A stretch of DNA of 64,000 nt from NCBI GenBank assembly GCA_963555985.3, contig OY820591.1, forward strand, positions 2,048,001 through 2,112,000. The letters are read 5' to 3'. Below, in pieces: positions 31,067 to 40,775 of this stretch (positions within the stretch are counted from its first letter, which is position 1; the number at the start of each line of letters is the position of its first letter). The notes beneath the pieces are model-generated. The model saw nothing but the letters and a program-made list of their open reading frames with translations. It ran no database searches and was not told where the DNA came from. The translations under genes were made by a program, and so were the position numbers. The stretch is from Dehalococcoidia bacterium. GTDB taxonomy: Bacteria; Chloroflexota; Dehalococcoidia; Bin125.

Positions 31067-32290
31067 ATGCCCGCACTTGACGGACTTCGCGTCCTCGACA
31101 TGACCCAGTACGAAGCGGGCACGTCCTGCACGCAGGCGCTGGCCTGGCTGGGCGCGGACGTGGTCAAGATCGAACAGCCCGGCCAGGGCGACCCCGGCCG
31201 CGGGGCGCGCGACGACCAACTGGACTCGCCCTACTTCATCGCTTGGAACTCCAACAAACGCTCGGTCGCCATCGACCTGCGCTCCGAGCGGGGTCGCGGC
31301 TTGCTGCTCGAAATGGCTCCCCACTACGACATCTTCGTCGAGAACTACGGTCCCGGCGTGATGGAACGGCTCGGCCTCACCTACGACGTGCTCAAGGCGG
31401 TTCACCCGAGCATCATCTACGCGCGGCTCAAGGGTTTCGGTCTCTCCGGGCCATACTCCGAGTTCAAGTGTTTCGATCCGATCGCGCAGAACGCCGCCGG
31501 CGCATTCTCGACCACGGGCGAAGCCGACGGTCCACCGATGATGCCGAAAGCGGCAGTCGGCGACTCGGGCACGGGGATGCAGCTTGCGTTTGCCATCGCC
31601 GCCGCCTACATCCAAAAACTGCGCACCGGCGAGGGACAGCAGATCGAGATCTCGATGCAGGAGGCGATGACCTACTACATGCGCACCTACGTTTCCCAGA
31701 CCGAGGGGTGGGGCGAAAGTGTCGTGCCGCGCAACGGCAACGGCTTCGGATTCAGCGCCTCAGATCTCTACCCTTGCAAGCCGTTGCCGGGCTCGGACGG
31801 TGCGAACGACTACGTCTACATCATCCTCACAACCTCCCGGATGTGGGACACGCTGTGTACGGCGATGGATCGACCTGAATTGACTGTCGACCCACGCTTC
31901 GCCGAAGACGCAGGCAGGGTTGAGCATCAAGCGGAACTCCAGGAGGAGATCCGCACCTGGACGCTCCAGCACAGCAAGTGGGAGGCGATGGACATCCTGG
32001 CCAAGGCCGGCGTGCCCTGTTCCGCCACGCACGACACCTACGACCTCTTCCACAATCCGCATCTCGAAGCGCGCGAGTTCATTCAGCAGCTCGATCACCC
32101 GGAATGGGGTCCAATCCGCCAACTCGGTTGGGCGCCGCGGCTATCCGCGTCGGAGGTGCCGATGAAGGCGGCCCCGTTGCTCGGTCAGCACACCGCCGAG
32201 GTGCTCTGCGACGATCTGGGGATCGAGTCGGAGGACTTCGCCAAACTCCAGGCGGAGGGTGTCGTGAGCGCGGTTCGCGCCCGCGACTAG
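31067..32290 (+). CDS. Family III CoA-transferase (CaiB/Frc-like), paralog 1
   Basis: MPALDGLRVLDMTQYEAG, WNSNKRS, ENYGPG, VGDSGTG catalytic Asp. Confidence 0.93.
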   Translation: MPALDGLRVLDMTQYEAGTSCTQALAWLGADVVKIEQPGQGDPGRGARDDQLDSPYFIAWNSNKRSVAIDLRSERGRGLLLEMAPHYDIFVENYGPGVMERLGLTYDVLKAVHPSIIYARLKGFGLSGPYSEFKCFDPIAQNAAGAFSTTGEADGPPMMPKAAVGDSGTGMQLAFAIAAAYIQKLRTGEGQQIEISMQEAMTYYMRTYVSQTEGWGESVVPRNGNGFGFSASDLYPCKPLPGSDGANDYVYIILTTSRMWDTLCTAMDRPELTVDPRFAEDAGRVEHQAELQEEIRTWTLQHSKWEAMDILAKAGVPCSATHDTYDLFHNPHLEAREFIQQLDHPEWGPIRQLGWAPRLSASEVPMKAAPLLGQHTAEVLCDDLGIESEDFAKLQAEGVVSAVRARD

Positions 32291-32746
32291 GATCTGTTCA
32301 CGCCGACACATCGCCATCGCCCCGGAATCCGGAAGCGAGGTAGTATCAGAACATATACACTTACCTTCCCAGGAGGCGACCGCCATGTCCCAGACCGCAT
32401 CCCGCCCCTGTTTCAGATATTCTCCGCACGCCACCAATCTCCTCCGTCGGGACTCGTCCCAATCCGAATACCCGAACCTGAAAAAAGCTGAACGCCTGAA
32501 CGCACGATCTCCCGTCAATTGCTGAGAATCCGGATCCGTCGCCCTCAGAAAAAAATCTGCCCTGAACACCTGAACACCCGATCACCGCCAACGCCATCGA
32601 CCATGAACATGCCCCGAAACCTCATTCGCCGCCCCGCTCTCGACGTGAGGCGGCCAATCAGGGCCGCACGCGGCCTCAATCCACACTGGGCTTCCCTATG
32701 ATGGTGAGGATTTTCACCGCGACCGCGCCGGTAGGAGGACACCACC

Positions 32747-33967
32747 ATGCCAGCACTCGACGGACTCCGAGTCCTCGACATGACCCAATACGAAGCGGGC
32801 ACGTCCTGCACCCAGGCCCTGGCCTGGCACGGCGCGGATGTGGTCAAGATCGAGCAGCCCGGCGTCGGCGACCCCGGCCGCGGCGTCGGCAGCGGCGACG
32901 CGATCGACTCGCACTACTTCATCAACTGGAACGCCAACAAGCGCTCGGTCACGATCAACCTGCGCGACGAGCGCGGCAAGGCGCTGCTCTTCGAGATGCT
33001 GCCGCACTACGACGTGTTCGTCGAGAACTACGGGCCGGGCGTGATGGAGAAGTTGGGCCTGACCTATGAGGCGCTGAAGGAAGTCCACCCGAGCATCATC
33101 TACGCGCGGCTCAAGGGCTTCGGCCTCTCCGGTCCGTTCGCCAACTTCAAGAGCTTCGATCCGGTCGCGCAGAACGCCGCCGGCGCATTCTCCGTCACCG
33201 GAGAGGCGGGCGGCCCGCCGATGCGCCCGGGGGCGTGTGTGGGCGACAGCGGGACGGGGATGCAGTTGGCCTTCGCGATCACCTCGGCGTATGTGCAGAA
33301 GCTGCGCACCGGCGAGGGCCAGCACATCGAGATTTCGATGCAGGAGGCGATGACCTACTACGTGCGCACGCCGGTCGCGGGCACGCAGAGTTGGGGCGAC
33401 GTGGCGGCGGAGCGTCGCGGCAACGGTTGGTTCGGCCCGACCGATCTCTACCCCTGCAAGCCGCTGCCCGGCTCCGACGGCGCGGACGACTACCTCTACA
33501 TCATCGCCCTGACCACGCGCATGTGGGACACCTTCTGCGCGGCGATGGGTCGGCCGGACATGGTCGTCGACCCGCGCTTCTGCGACGAGCAAGCGCGGAT
33601 CGAGCACAACGATGAACTGAAGGCCGAAATCCGCGCCTGGACAATGCAATACGACAAGTGGGAGGCGATGCAGATTCTCGGCGAGGCCGGCGTCCCCTGC
33701 TCCGCCACCCACAGCACCTACGACCTCTTCCACAACCCGCATTTCGAGGAGCGCGAGTTCATCCAGGACATCGACCATCCCGAATGGGGGCCGATTCGTT
33801 TGTTGGGTTGGGCGCCGAAGATGTCGAAGAGCGAGGTGCCCATGACCGCCGCCCCGCTGCTGGCGGAGCACACCCGAGAGGTCCTCTGCGACGATCTCGG
33901 CATTGAGGGTGAAGAGTTCGCCAAGCTCGAGGCTGAGGGCATCGTCAGCAGCCGCAACGGCGCGTAG
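32747..33967 (+). CDS. Family III CoA-transferase (CaiB/Frc-like), paralog 2
   Basis: Same motifs; 5' region nearly identical in DNA to paralog 1. Confidence 0.93.
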   Translation: MPALDGLRVLDMTQYEAGTSCTQALAWHGADVVKIEQPGVGDPGRGVGSGDAIDSHYFINWNANKRSVTINLRDERGKALLFEMLPHYDVFVENYGPGVMEKLGLTYEALKEVHPSIIYARLKGFGLSGPFANFKSFDPVAQNAAGAFSVTGEAGGPPMRPGACVGDSGTGMQLAFAITSAYVQKLRTGEGQHIEISMQEAMTYYVRTPVAGTQSWGDVAAERRGNGWFGPTDLYPCKPLPGSDGADDYLYIIALTTRMWDTFCAAMGRPDMVVDPRFCDEQARIEHNDELKAEIRAWTMQYDKWEAMQILGEAGVPCSATHSTYDLFHNPHFEEREFIQDIDHPEWGPIRLLGWAPKMSKSEVPMTAAPLLAEHTREVLCDDLGIEGEEFAKLEAEGIVSSRNGA

Positions 33968-33979
33968 CTGGGCCGTCGG

Positions 33980-34861
33980 CTAGCGCAGGTTGCGCAGCCG
34001 CGGGTCGAGGGCGTCGCGGACCCAGTCGCCCATCAGGTTGCCGGTGAGCGCGATCGTCAGCAGGGCCAGGCCGGGCAGCCAGATTGGCCACCAGGCGACG
34101 CTCATGAAGTCGCGGCCCTCCGAGATCATCACCCCCCACGACGCCGTGCCCGGCGGCGCGCCCACGCCGAGGAAGGTGAGCGCGGCCTCGGCCAGGATCA
34201 CCAGTGCGACCTCCAGCGTCATGATGATCACGATGCTGTTGACGACGTTCGGGAACAGATGCTTCCGCAAGATCCAGGCGGGGCCCGCTCCGGTGGCGCG
34301 AGACGCCGTGACGAAGTCGCGCTGCTTGAGGGACAGCACGTCGGCCCGCACCAGCCGCGCGTACGAGGGCCAGGTCCAGATCAGCAGGATGATGATCACG
34401 TTGCGCAGGCTGGCTCCCACCAGTGCCGCCAACAGCACCGCGAAGAGGATCGCCGGCATCGCCAGCTGCACGTCCACCAGGCGCATCAGCAACTGGCCGA
34501 TGAGGCCGCCCGCCCAGCCCGAGATCAGTCCCACCAGCGTCCCGATCAGCGCCGCGCCCGGCACCACGATGCCCACCACGATCAGAGAGATGCGCGCGCC
34601 GTACAGCAGCCGGCTGAAGATGTCCCGCCCGACCTGGTCCGTGCCCAGGGCATAGTCCCAACTGCCCCCGTCGAAGACGGGCGGCTGCAAGCGAGCGCCC
34701 AGGTTGATGAACTCCGGGTCGTGCGGCGCCAGCCAATCCGCTCCCACGCCCGCCACGAGCAGCGCCAGCGCGATCAGAGCGGGCACGGACAGCCCCAGCC
34801 AGCGCCGCCAACGGACGCCGCGGCCCGGGCCCAGCTGCACCGCCGTCGGCTGGCCCGCCAT
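33980..34861 (-). CDS. Peptide/nickel ABC transporter permease (DppC/OppC)
   Basis: LGTDQVGRDIFSRLLYGARISL, EAA loop; start overlaps the upstream stop (TGATG). Confidence 0.92.
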   Translation of the reverse strand: MAGQPTAVQLGPGRGVRWRRWLGLSVPALIALALLVAGVGADWLAPHDPEFINLGARLQPPVFDGGSWDYALGTDQVGRDIFSRLLYGARISLIVVGIVVPGAALIGTLVGLISGWAGGLIGQLLMRLVDVQLAMPAILFAVLLAALVGASLRNVIIILLIWTWPSYARLVRADVLSLKQRDFVTASRATGAGPAWILRKHLFPNVVNSIVIIMTLEVALVILAEAALTFLGVGAPPGTASWGVMISEGRDFMSVAWWPIWLPGLALLTIALTGNLMGDWVRDALDPRLRNLR

Positions 34862-35799
34862 CAGGCGTCCCCCGCCCGGATGCGCGGGTCGATCAGCCGG
34901 TAGGACACATCGACCAGCAGGTTGACCAGCGCGATCGACGCCGCCAGCACGATGATCGAGGCCTGCACCATCGGGAAGTCGTTCTTGAAGATCGAGTCGA
35001 TGATCAGCCGGCCGATGCCCGGCCACGCGAAGACCATCTCGATGATCACCGAGCCGCCGATCAACCGGCCCAGCGAGAGTCCCAGCATCGTCACGACCGG
35101 CAGCAGCGCGTGCCGCACGGCGTGCCGCCCGATGATCACCCGCTCGCTGAGTCCCTTGGCCCGCGCCGTGCGGATGAAGTCGGTGTCCATCACCTCGATC
35201 ATCCCCGAGCGGGTCAGCCGCATGATCGCGACCAGTTCGAACAGGCCGAGTGCGATCGCCGGCAGGATCAACGAGCGGAACCCTTGTTCATCGCCCCCGG
35301 TCGGAAACCAGCCCAGCTGCACAGCGAAGAAGAAGATCATCATCAGGCCCAGCCAGAAGCTGGGCGTGGCCTGCCCGATCACCGCCACGAAGCGCGACAG
35401 CCAGTCAATCGCCGTGCCGCGCCTCAAGGCCGCCACGATGCCCAGCGGCAGCGCCAGCGCGAGCGCGAACACCACGCCCGCCGCCCCAAGCTTGAGCGTG
35501 CTCGCCGCCCGGTCGCCGATCTCGTCGAGCGCCGGTTGGCCACCGCCCCGCCACGAGGTCCCGAAGTCGCCTTGCGCCAGGTTGCCCAGGAACGTGCCGT
35601 ACTGAACGATCAGCGGTTTGTCCAAGCCCAGATTCTTCCTCAGGCGTTCGACTTCTTCCGGACGCCGCTGCTCGGGCGAGAGCAGGGTCGACTCGGGATT
35701 GCCCGCAAGGCGCGAGACAAAGAAGACGGTCGTCGCGACGATGAGGACGACGAACAACGCCTGGATCAGGCGGAGGGCGAAGTAGTTCCAGAACTCCAT
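34861..35799 (-). CDS. Peptide/nickel ABC transporter permease (DppB/OppB)
   Basis: LGLDKPL..QY, GDFGTS, DFIRTARAKGL, FAWPGIG. Confidence 0.93.
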   Translation of the reverse strand: MEFWNYFALRLIQALFVVLIVATTVFFVSRLAGNPESTLLSPEQRRPEEVERLRKNLGLDKPLIVQYGTFLGNLAQGDFGTSWRGGGQPALDEIGDRAASTLKLGAAGVVFALALALPLGIVAALRRGTAIDWLSRFVAVIGQATPSFWLGLMMIFFFAVQLGWFPTGGDEQGFRSLILPAIALGLFELVAIMRLTRSGMIEVMDTDFIRTARAKGLSERVIIGRHAVRHALLPVVTMLGLSLGRLIGGSVIIEMVFAWPGIGRLIIDSIFKNDFPMVQASIIVLAASIALVNLLVDVSYRLIDPRIRAGDA

Positions 35800-35871
35800 C
35801 AGGTCCCTTGCGGATCGCGCGCCGGAGCTCCGCCGACCCTACAGGCGGCAAGTGCGCCGAGCGGCGCGGCC

Positions 35872-37845
35872 TCAGGTGGCCTTGCGCCGCTGGATGCCGT
35901 AGGCGTTGCCCCCCCACATGAAGCCGGTGCGTCCTCCCTTCGGCCAGTTGACGTCCGCCCGGGTCAGCACCGCGTCCGGGGCCTCGACGAGGAAAATGAA
36001 CCACGCTTGACGGGCGTGTTCCAGCATCAGCTCCGCGATCATCTCCTGGCGCCGCGTGGAATCGAGCTCAGTCCGCTGCGCGAGGTACAGCTCGTGCAGG
36101 GCCGGATCCTGCACCCCCTCGCCGTTGAGCTTCGTGAAGTAGGACTCGGGCCCGGCGCAGCAATCCCACATCGATCCGATGTCGCGGACGACGTTGGCCC
36201 ACATCCAATAGAGGCCCACGGGGCGGTTGGGCCCCCCGACCACGTAGGCGTCGGAGAAGTAGTCGGAGACGAGCGCCACCTCTGGCTGCGTGCGGATACC
36301 GACCGCAGCCAGGTCCTGCGCCACGGCCAGAGCCATATCCGACATGAACGCGCCGCCCCAGTCGGTCGTGTAGTACAGCGGGACCTCGAACCCGTCCGCG
36401 TAACCAGCCTCCGCCATCAGCTGCCGCGCCAGCTCAGGGTCGTAGTCGTATTGGACTGCCTGCCTCTGCTCCGCGGTCGGGAAGCCGTACACGCCGCTGA
36501 ACGTGAACAGTGAATAGTGCCCCTGGCCGAGCAGAAGGTTGTCGATTAAGGCTTGGCGGTTGATCGCGTGGTTCGCGGCCTGGCGCACGCGGAAGTCCAG
36601 GAACGGGTTCGGGCTACCGTCCGGCATCGTCTCGGGGTACAGGTTGGGATAGATCACCTGGACGGTCTGGCCAACGGCGGGTTGGAACTGCACGGTGAAG
36701 TCGGGGTCGTCCAGGTATGGCTCCACGTTGTTGGGGCCCAGCCCCGGCACCACGTCAATCTCCCCGGCCTCGATGCCGGCCAGCCGCGACTGGATCTCGG
36801 GCCGCACCACGACCCGCTGATGCTTGTGGTGGGCATAGCGCGGCACCACGACGGGATGGTCGGCCGGGAGGAAGTGGTCCTCGAAGCGCTCGTAGACGAA
36901 GTCCGTGTCGTCTTCGTGGCTGACGAAGCGGAACGGGCCGGTGCCCATCGGCGAGGTGTCCATCGCGAGGTCGCCGCGCGCCTCCGTGTCCGCTTGCGAC
37001 ATGATCACCACCTCGCCGGTCCCGGTCAGGTTGACGACGAAGAAGCCCGCATCGGGCGCCGGCAACTCGAACGACCAGGTACGGTCGTCCACCGCCTCGT
37101 TGCGGACCCAGTTCGCGGAGCTGCGGCCGACATTCCCGGGGGTCCAGCCGCCGGGGTGATCGGTCGTCGCGCCGCCCTGGTGGTAGGCGGCCTGCCCGGC
37201 CATGCGTTCGTAGCTGAACACCAAGTCGTGGGCGGTGAGGATCGAGCCGTCGTGGAACTGCGCCGGCACCACCGACGCCCGAACCGTGACAGGATCGATC
37301 CACTCCGGCGCGGCCAGATTTGCGATCGCCGCGCCTTCAGCGGGATCCCATTCCATGGCCGCGCTGAACACGGCGCCGTGCGAGTACAGGTTCGCGTTGC
37401 TGCCGGTCCGCATCTGGTCCAGCCCCCCAGCGTCGGAGGGGACCACCACAGTGATCGTCGCGTCCAGATCGACCTCGTCCAGCGGCCAGGGCTCCGACCA
37501 TTCCTCGCTCTCGCCCGGCGTCACGATCTGGGCCTGCTGCTCCTGCTGCGCCGCCCCCTCGACCTGCTGTTCGGCTTGCTGCTGCGTGGTCTGCTGCTGA
37601 TCGGCCTGCTGTTGCATTGCCTGCTGCTGTTGCTGTTGGACCTGCTCCTGCTGCATCGCCTGTTGCTGCTGTTGCTGCTGTTCCTGAGCCTGCGCTGCCG
37701 ATGGCTGTGCGTCGTCGTCATCGTCGCCGCAGCCGACCAATGCCAAACCGCTCGCGCCGACGCCGGCTCGCGCCGAGGCCCGCAAGAGCGACCGCCTCGA
37801 CATCCTGCTACGGCGCATCCGCTGCCAATAGTTTCGTTTGCTCAC
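35872..37845 (-). CDS. Family 5 ABC substrate-binding lipoprotein with Tat signal and poly-Gln linker
   Basis: GTG start; SRRSLL twin-arginine signal, LVGC lipobox, polyQ, FHDGS, GTGPF, VRQA.NHAINR, YDPE.ARQL. Confidence 0.9.
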   Translation of the reverse strand: MSKRNYWQRMRRSRMSRRSLLRASARAGVGASGLALVGCGDDDDDAQPSAAQAQEQQQQQQQAMQQEQVQQQQQQAMQQQADQQQTTQQQAEQQVEGAAQQEQQAQIVTPGESEEWSEPWPLDEVDLDATITVVVPSDAGGLDQMRTGSNANLYSHGAVFSAAMEWDPAEGAAIANLAAPEWIDPVTVRASVVPAQFHDGSILTAHDLVFSYERMAGQAAYHQGGATTDHPGGWTPGNVGRSSANWVRNEAVDDRTWSFELPAPDAGFFVVNLTGTGEVVIMSQADTEARGDLAMDTSPMGTGPFRFVSHEDDTDFVYERFEDHFLPADHPVVVPRYAHHKHQRVVVRPEIQSRLAGIEAGEIDVVPGLGPNNVEPYLDDPDFTVQFQPAVGQTVQVIYPNLYPETMPDGSPNPFLDFRVRQAANHAINRQALIDNLLLGQGHYSLFTFSGVYGFPTAEQRQAVQYDYDPELARQLMAEAGYADGFEVPLYYTTDWGGAFMSDMALAVAQDLAAVGIRTQPEVALVSDYFSDAYVVGGPNRPVGLYWMWANVVRDIGSMWDCCAGPESYFTKLNGEGVQDPALHELYLAQRTELDSTRRQEMIAELMLEHARQAWFIFLVEAPDAVLTRADVNWPKGGRTGFMWGGNAYGIQRRKAT

Positions 37846-38061
37846 TGGAGCATCCAATCCAAAATCGCCGGTTGCGTCTTGTCCGTTGAGGCGATCGCAG
37901 GGAACGTACCCCCCCACACACACATGTCAACCGGGAGTCTGACCGAAGCAGCGAGAGGCGCCCGTTCCGCGCTGCGCGCCCCAGCTGCAGCGGGCGGTTG
38001 CGCGTTCCCTATCATGGTGGGCAAGACCGCCCGCTGTCGCGGGCGGCGGGAGGACATCACC

Positions 38062-39294
38062 ATGCCGGCTCTTGATGGAATGCGCGTGTTGGACATGACC
38101 CAGTACGAGGCGGGCACTTCCGCCACTCAGGCGTTGGCCTGGCTGGGGGCGGACGTGGTCAAGGTGGAGCAGCCCGGCGTCGGCGATCCCGGGCGCGGGG
38201 TTCGCACCGGGACGCTCAACTCGCCCTACTTCATCAACTGGAACTCCAACAAGCGCTCGGTCACGATCAACCTTCAGGACGCCAAGGGGCGCGAATTGCT
38301 GTTGGAGATGCTGCCTCACTACGACGTGTTCGTGGAGAACTACGGGCCCGGGGTGATGGAGCGGCTGAACCTGACCTATGAGGTGATGAAGGAGATCAAC
38401 CCTTCGATCATCTACGGGCGGCTGAAGGGGTTCGGGCTGTCGGGGCCGTGGGCGGAGTACAAGTGCTTCGACATGATCGCGCAGGCGGCGGCGGGAGCGT
38501 TTTCGGTGACGGGCGAGCAGGAGGGGCCGCCGATGCTGCCCGGTTCGACGGTCGGCGACTCTGGCACCGGGGTTGAGCTGGCGCTGGCGATTACGGCGGC
38601 GTATGTGCAGAAACAGCGCACAGGTGAAGGGCAGTTCATCGAGATCACGATGCAGGAGGCGATGACGTATTTCATGCGCACTCGGATCGCCTATGCGGAC
38701 TGGGGCGAGAAGGTCGCGCCGCGGCGGGGGAACTCGGCGGGGGCGCCGACGGATCTGTATCCGTGCAAGTCGACACCGGAGAGCGAGGCTCGGGGCGGGA
38801 ACAACGACTGGGTGTACATCATGGTGGTGACGTCGCGGATGTGGGACACGTTGTGCGCGGCGATTGACCGGCCGGAGCTGCTGGTCGATCCTCGTTTCGA
38901 GGACATGTGGAAGCGGAATGAGAACGGGAAGGAGTTGTACGCGGAGATCTCGAAGTGGACGCTGGAGCGGACGAAGTGGGAGGTGATGGAGTATCTGGGC
39001 GCGGCGGGGGTGCCGTGTTCGGCGGTGCTGGACACGTACGACCTGTTCCACAACCCGCATTTCGAGGAGCGCGGCTTCGTGCACGACCTCGACCATCCGG
39101 CGCACGGGCCGATTCGGCTGCTGGGCTGGGCGCCGCGGATGTCGAAGAGCGATGTGCCGCTGGTGCGGGCGCCGCTGTTGGGGGAGCACACGAGCGAGAT
39201 TCTGTCGGACGACCTGGGCCTGTCGGCGGGGGACTTGCAGGAGTTGGAGGAGGCGGGGATTGTGGGCGGGCCTCCGGTGTTTCCGGCGAAGTAG
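38062..39294 (+). CDS. Family III CoA-transferase (CaiB/Frc-like), paralog 3
   Basis: MPALDGMRVLDMTQYEAG, VGDSGTG; ggagg RBS. Confidence 0.93.
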   Translation: MPALDGMRVLDMTQYEAGTSATQALAWLGADVVKVEQPGVGDPGRGVRTGTLNSPYFINWNSNKRSVTINLQDAKGRELLLEMLPHYDVFVENYGPGVMERLNLTYEVMKEINPSIIYGRLKGFGLSGPWAEYKCFDMIAQAAAGAFSVTGEQEGPPMLPGSTVGDSGTGVELALAITAAYVQKQRTGEGQFIEITMQEAMTYFMRTRIAYADWGEKVAPRRGNSAGAPTDLYPCKSTPESEARGGNNDWVYIMVVTSRMWDTLCAAIDRPELLVDPRFEDMWKRNENGKELYAEISKWTLERTKWEVMEYLGAAGVPCSAVLDTYDLFHNPHFEERGFVHDLDHPAHGPIRLLGWAPRMSKSDVPLVRAPLLGEHTSEILSDDLGLSAGDLQELEEAGIVGGPPVFPAK

Positions 39295-39304
39295 GGAGGT
39301 GGGA

Positions 39305-39357
39305 CCCCCCTCTGTCCCTTCGTCCCCTCTCCCCCCGCAGTGCGGGGGGAGAGGGGA
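39305..39357. repeat. CTCCC/GGGAG palindromic repeat (strong hairpin)
   Basis: cccctctccccccgcagtgcggggggagagggg perfect inverted repeat. Confidence 0.7.
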
Positions 39358-39361
39358 CGCC

Positions 39362-39865
39362 TTGCAGGGGTTGGCGCCGATTTTGCCTGAGGGGGAGATT
39401 CGGGCTCTGATTCTGGGTTCGTTTCCGAGTGTGCGCTCGCTGGAGACGGGGGAGTATTACGCGCATCCGCAGAACTGGTTTTGGCGGGTGATGGCGCATT
39501 GCGGGGTGATTGAGGACGCGCGGGCGCCTTATGTGGAGCGGGTGGAGCAGGTGCGGGAGCGGGGGATTGCGGTTTGGGATCTGTACGGGCGGGTGCGGCG
39601 GGAGGGTTCGGGGGACGACGCGATTCGGGAGCCGGCGGCGAATGCGGTTGGAGAGGTGATCGGCTGGGAGCAGCCGGTGTTGCTGAACGGCCGGCGGTTG
39701 CGGGAGTTTCGGCGAGCGTTTCCCGGGGTGGAGGCGGAGTTGATCGCGCTGCCGAGCACGAGTCCGCGTCCGCTGCATTGGAACACGGAGGCGTCGCAGG
39801 CGGGGGCGTTGGAGGAGTGGCGGTCGGCGTTGGCGTCCGCGGGGGTGGTCAGTAATTTGGGGTGA
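39362..39865 (+). CDS. UDG-superfamily family 6 (hypoxanthine/DNA-deoxyinosine) glycosylase
   Basis: LILGSFPS, YYAHPQNWFW, IAVWD, EGS.D..I, LPSTSP; TTG start assumed. Confidence 0.85.
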   Translation: MQGLAPILPEGEIRALILGSFPSVRSLETGEYYAHPQNWFWRVMAHCGVIEDARAPYVERVEQVRERGIAVWDLYGRVRREGSGDDAIREPAANAVGEVIGWEQPVLLNGRRLREFRRAFPGVEAELIALPSTSPRPLHWNTEASQAGALEEWRSALASAGVVSNLG

Positions 39866-39910
39866 GTGGGGTATTTTTGGCGGTTTTGGTTGGGAATTGC
39901 GTGATTTGGT

Positions 39911-39965
39911 GTTCGATTGCGTTCGATTGCGTTCGATTTTGGACGATTCCGGTCGATTTTGGACG
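39911..39965. repeat. 10-bp-period tandem GTTCG-core repeat
   Basis: gttcgattgc gttcgattgc gttcgatttt ggacgattcc ggtcgatttt ggacg. Confidence 0.8.
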
Positions 39966-40064
39966 GCGGTGGTTGGGGTTGGTCGAGCGTTGGTGATGCT
40001 TGGCTCCGGCCTGGGCGGAAATGGGGGACGGGGCATGACGGGATCGTTTCGTGGGGGCTTGATC

Positions 40065-40097
40065 GTACAAGTGTACTGTGTTGGTAGTGGGTGTCAA
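40065..40097 (-). promoter_or_regulatory. Sigma70-like promoter overlapped by a GTAC-N4-GTAC palindrome (possible LexA box)
   Basis: TTGACA-16nt-TACACT on the minus strand; gtac aagt gtac at 40065-40076. Confidence 0.5.
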
Positions 40098-40183
40098 GGT
40101 CGTTGGGGAGTGTGGGGGGGGCGATAGTTCGAGGGACGGTTCAGGGTGGCAGAGTTGCAAGGGGGAGGGGTTACGCTTGGCGC

Positions 40184-40462
40184 GTGATCATCCACTTTCG
40201 ACATCGGGGGTTACGCCGACTCTTTGAACGGGGAGACCCGAGCGGAGTTCCACCTCGGCATCGGAGGAAGATCCTGGCCATTCTGCACCTGCTCGACGAG
40301 GCCGCCGGACCGCACCAAATGCCCGACCGTTCTTTGCGGTTACACCCCCTCAAGGGGGATCGGGAAGGCGAGTGGGCGGTTGACGTCAGCCGGATTTGGC
40401 GGATCACCTTCCGATTCGTGGACGGCGATGTCCGCGATGTGGACCTGGTTAACTACCATTAG
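40184..40462 (+). CDS. higB: HigB/RelE-type toxin
   Basis: IIHFRHRGLRRLFE, LHPLKGDREGEWAVDVS..WRITFRF, DLVNYH. Confidence 0.92.
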   Translation: MIIHFRHRGLRRLFERGDPSGVPPRHRRKILAILHLLDEAAGPHQMPDRSLRLHPLKGDREGEWAVDVSRIWRITFRFVDGDVRDVDLVNYH

Positions 40463-40482
40463 TTCAGGACTGGAGCGAGACC

Positions 40483-40773
40483 ATGCCGATGTACGATCCA
40501 CCGCACCCTGGCGAGTCGGTTCTCTTGCTTTGCCTGGAGCCGCTTGAGCTCTCGATTGCCGATGCGGCCGCGCACCTGGAAGTCGACGAGGCGTACCTGG
40601 GGGCGCTGTGCGAGGGTCGGGCTGCGATCAACGCGGACTTGGCCATTCGCCTGGAGCAGGCGTTCGGCGGTACGGCTGATGTGTGGATGCGGATGCAGGC
40701 CTCTTACGATCTCGCCCAGATGCGGCTGAAGTCTGGTCATATCCAGGTCAAGCCGATCGGCTCGGCGGCCTGA
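40483..40773 (+). CDS. higA: HigA-family antitoxin
   Basis: MYDPPHPGE, AIRLEQAFGGTADVWMRMQASYDL. Confidence 0.92.
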   Translation: MPMYDPPHPGESVLLLCLEPLELSIADAAAHLEVDEAYLGALCEGRAAINADLAIRLEQAFGGTADVWMRMQASYDLAQMRLKSGHIQVKPIGSAA

Positions 40774-40775
40774 TC

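Noticed and set aside
36553-38061. Long N-terminal extensions in the ORF track (913-aa CoA-transferase, 634-aa amidase, 652-aa aminotransferase, 709-aa AOR, 1121-aa RM)
   Set aside because: They overlap neighbouring genes; downstream starts match the family N-termini
38819-40036. 405-aa minus-strand ORF following the candidate promoter
   Set aside because: Low-complexity Pro/Arg sequence mostly antisense to two real genes; only its first ~55 codons are intergenic
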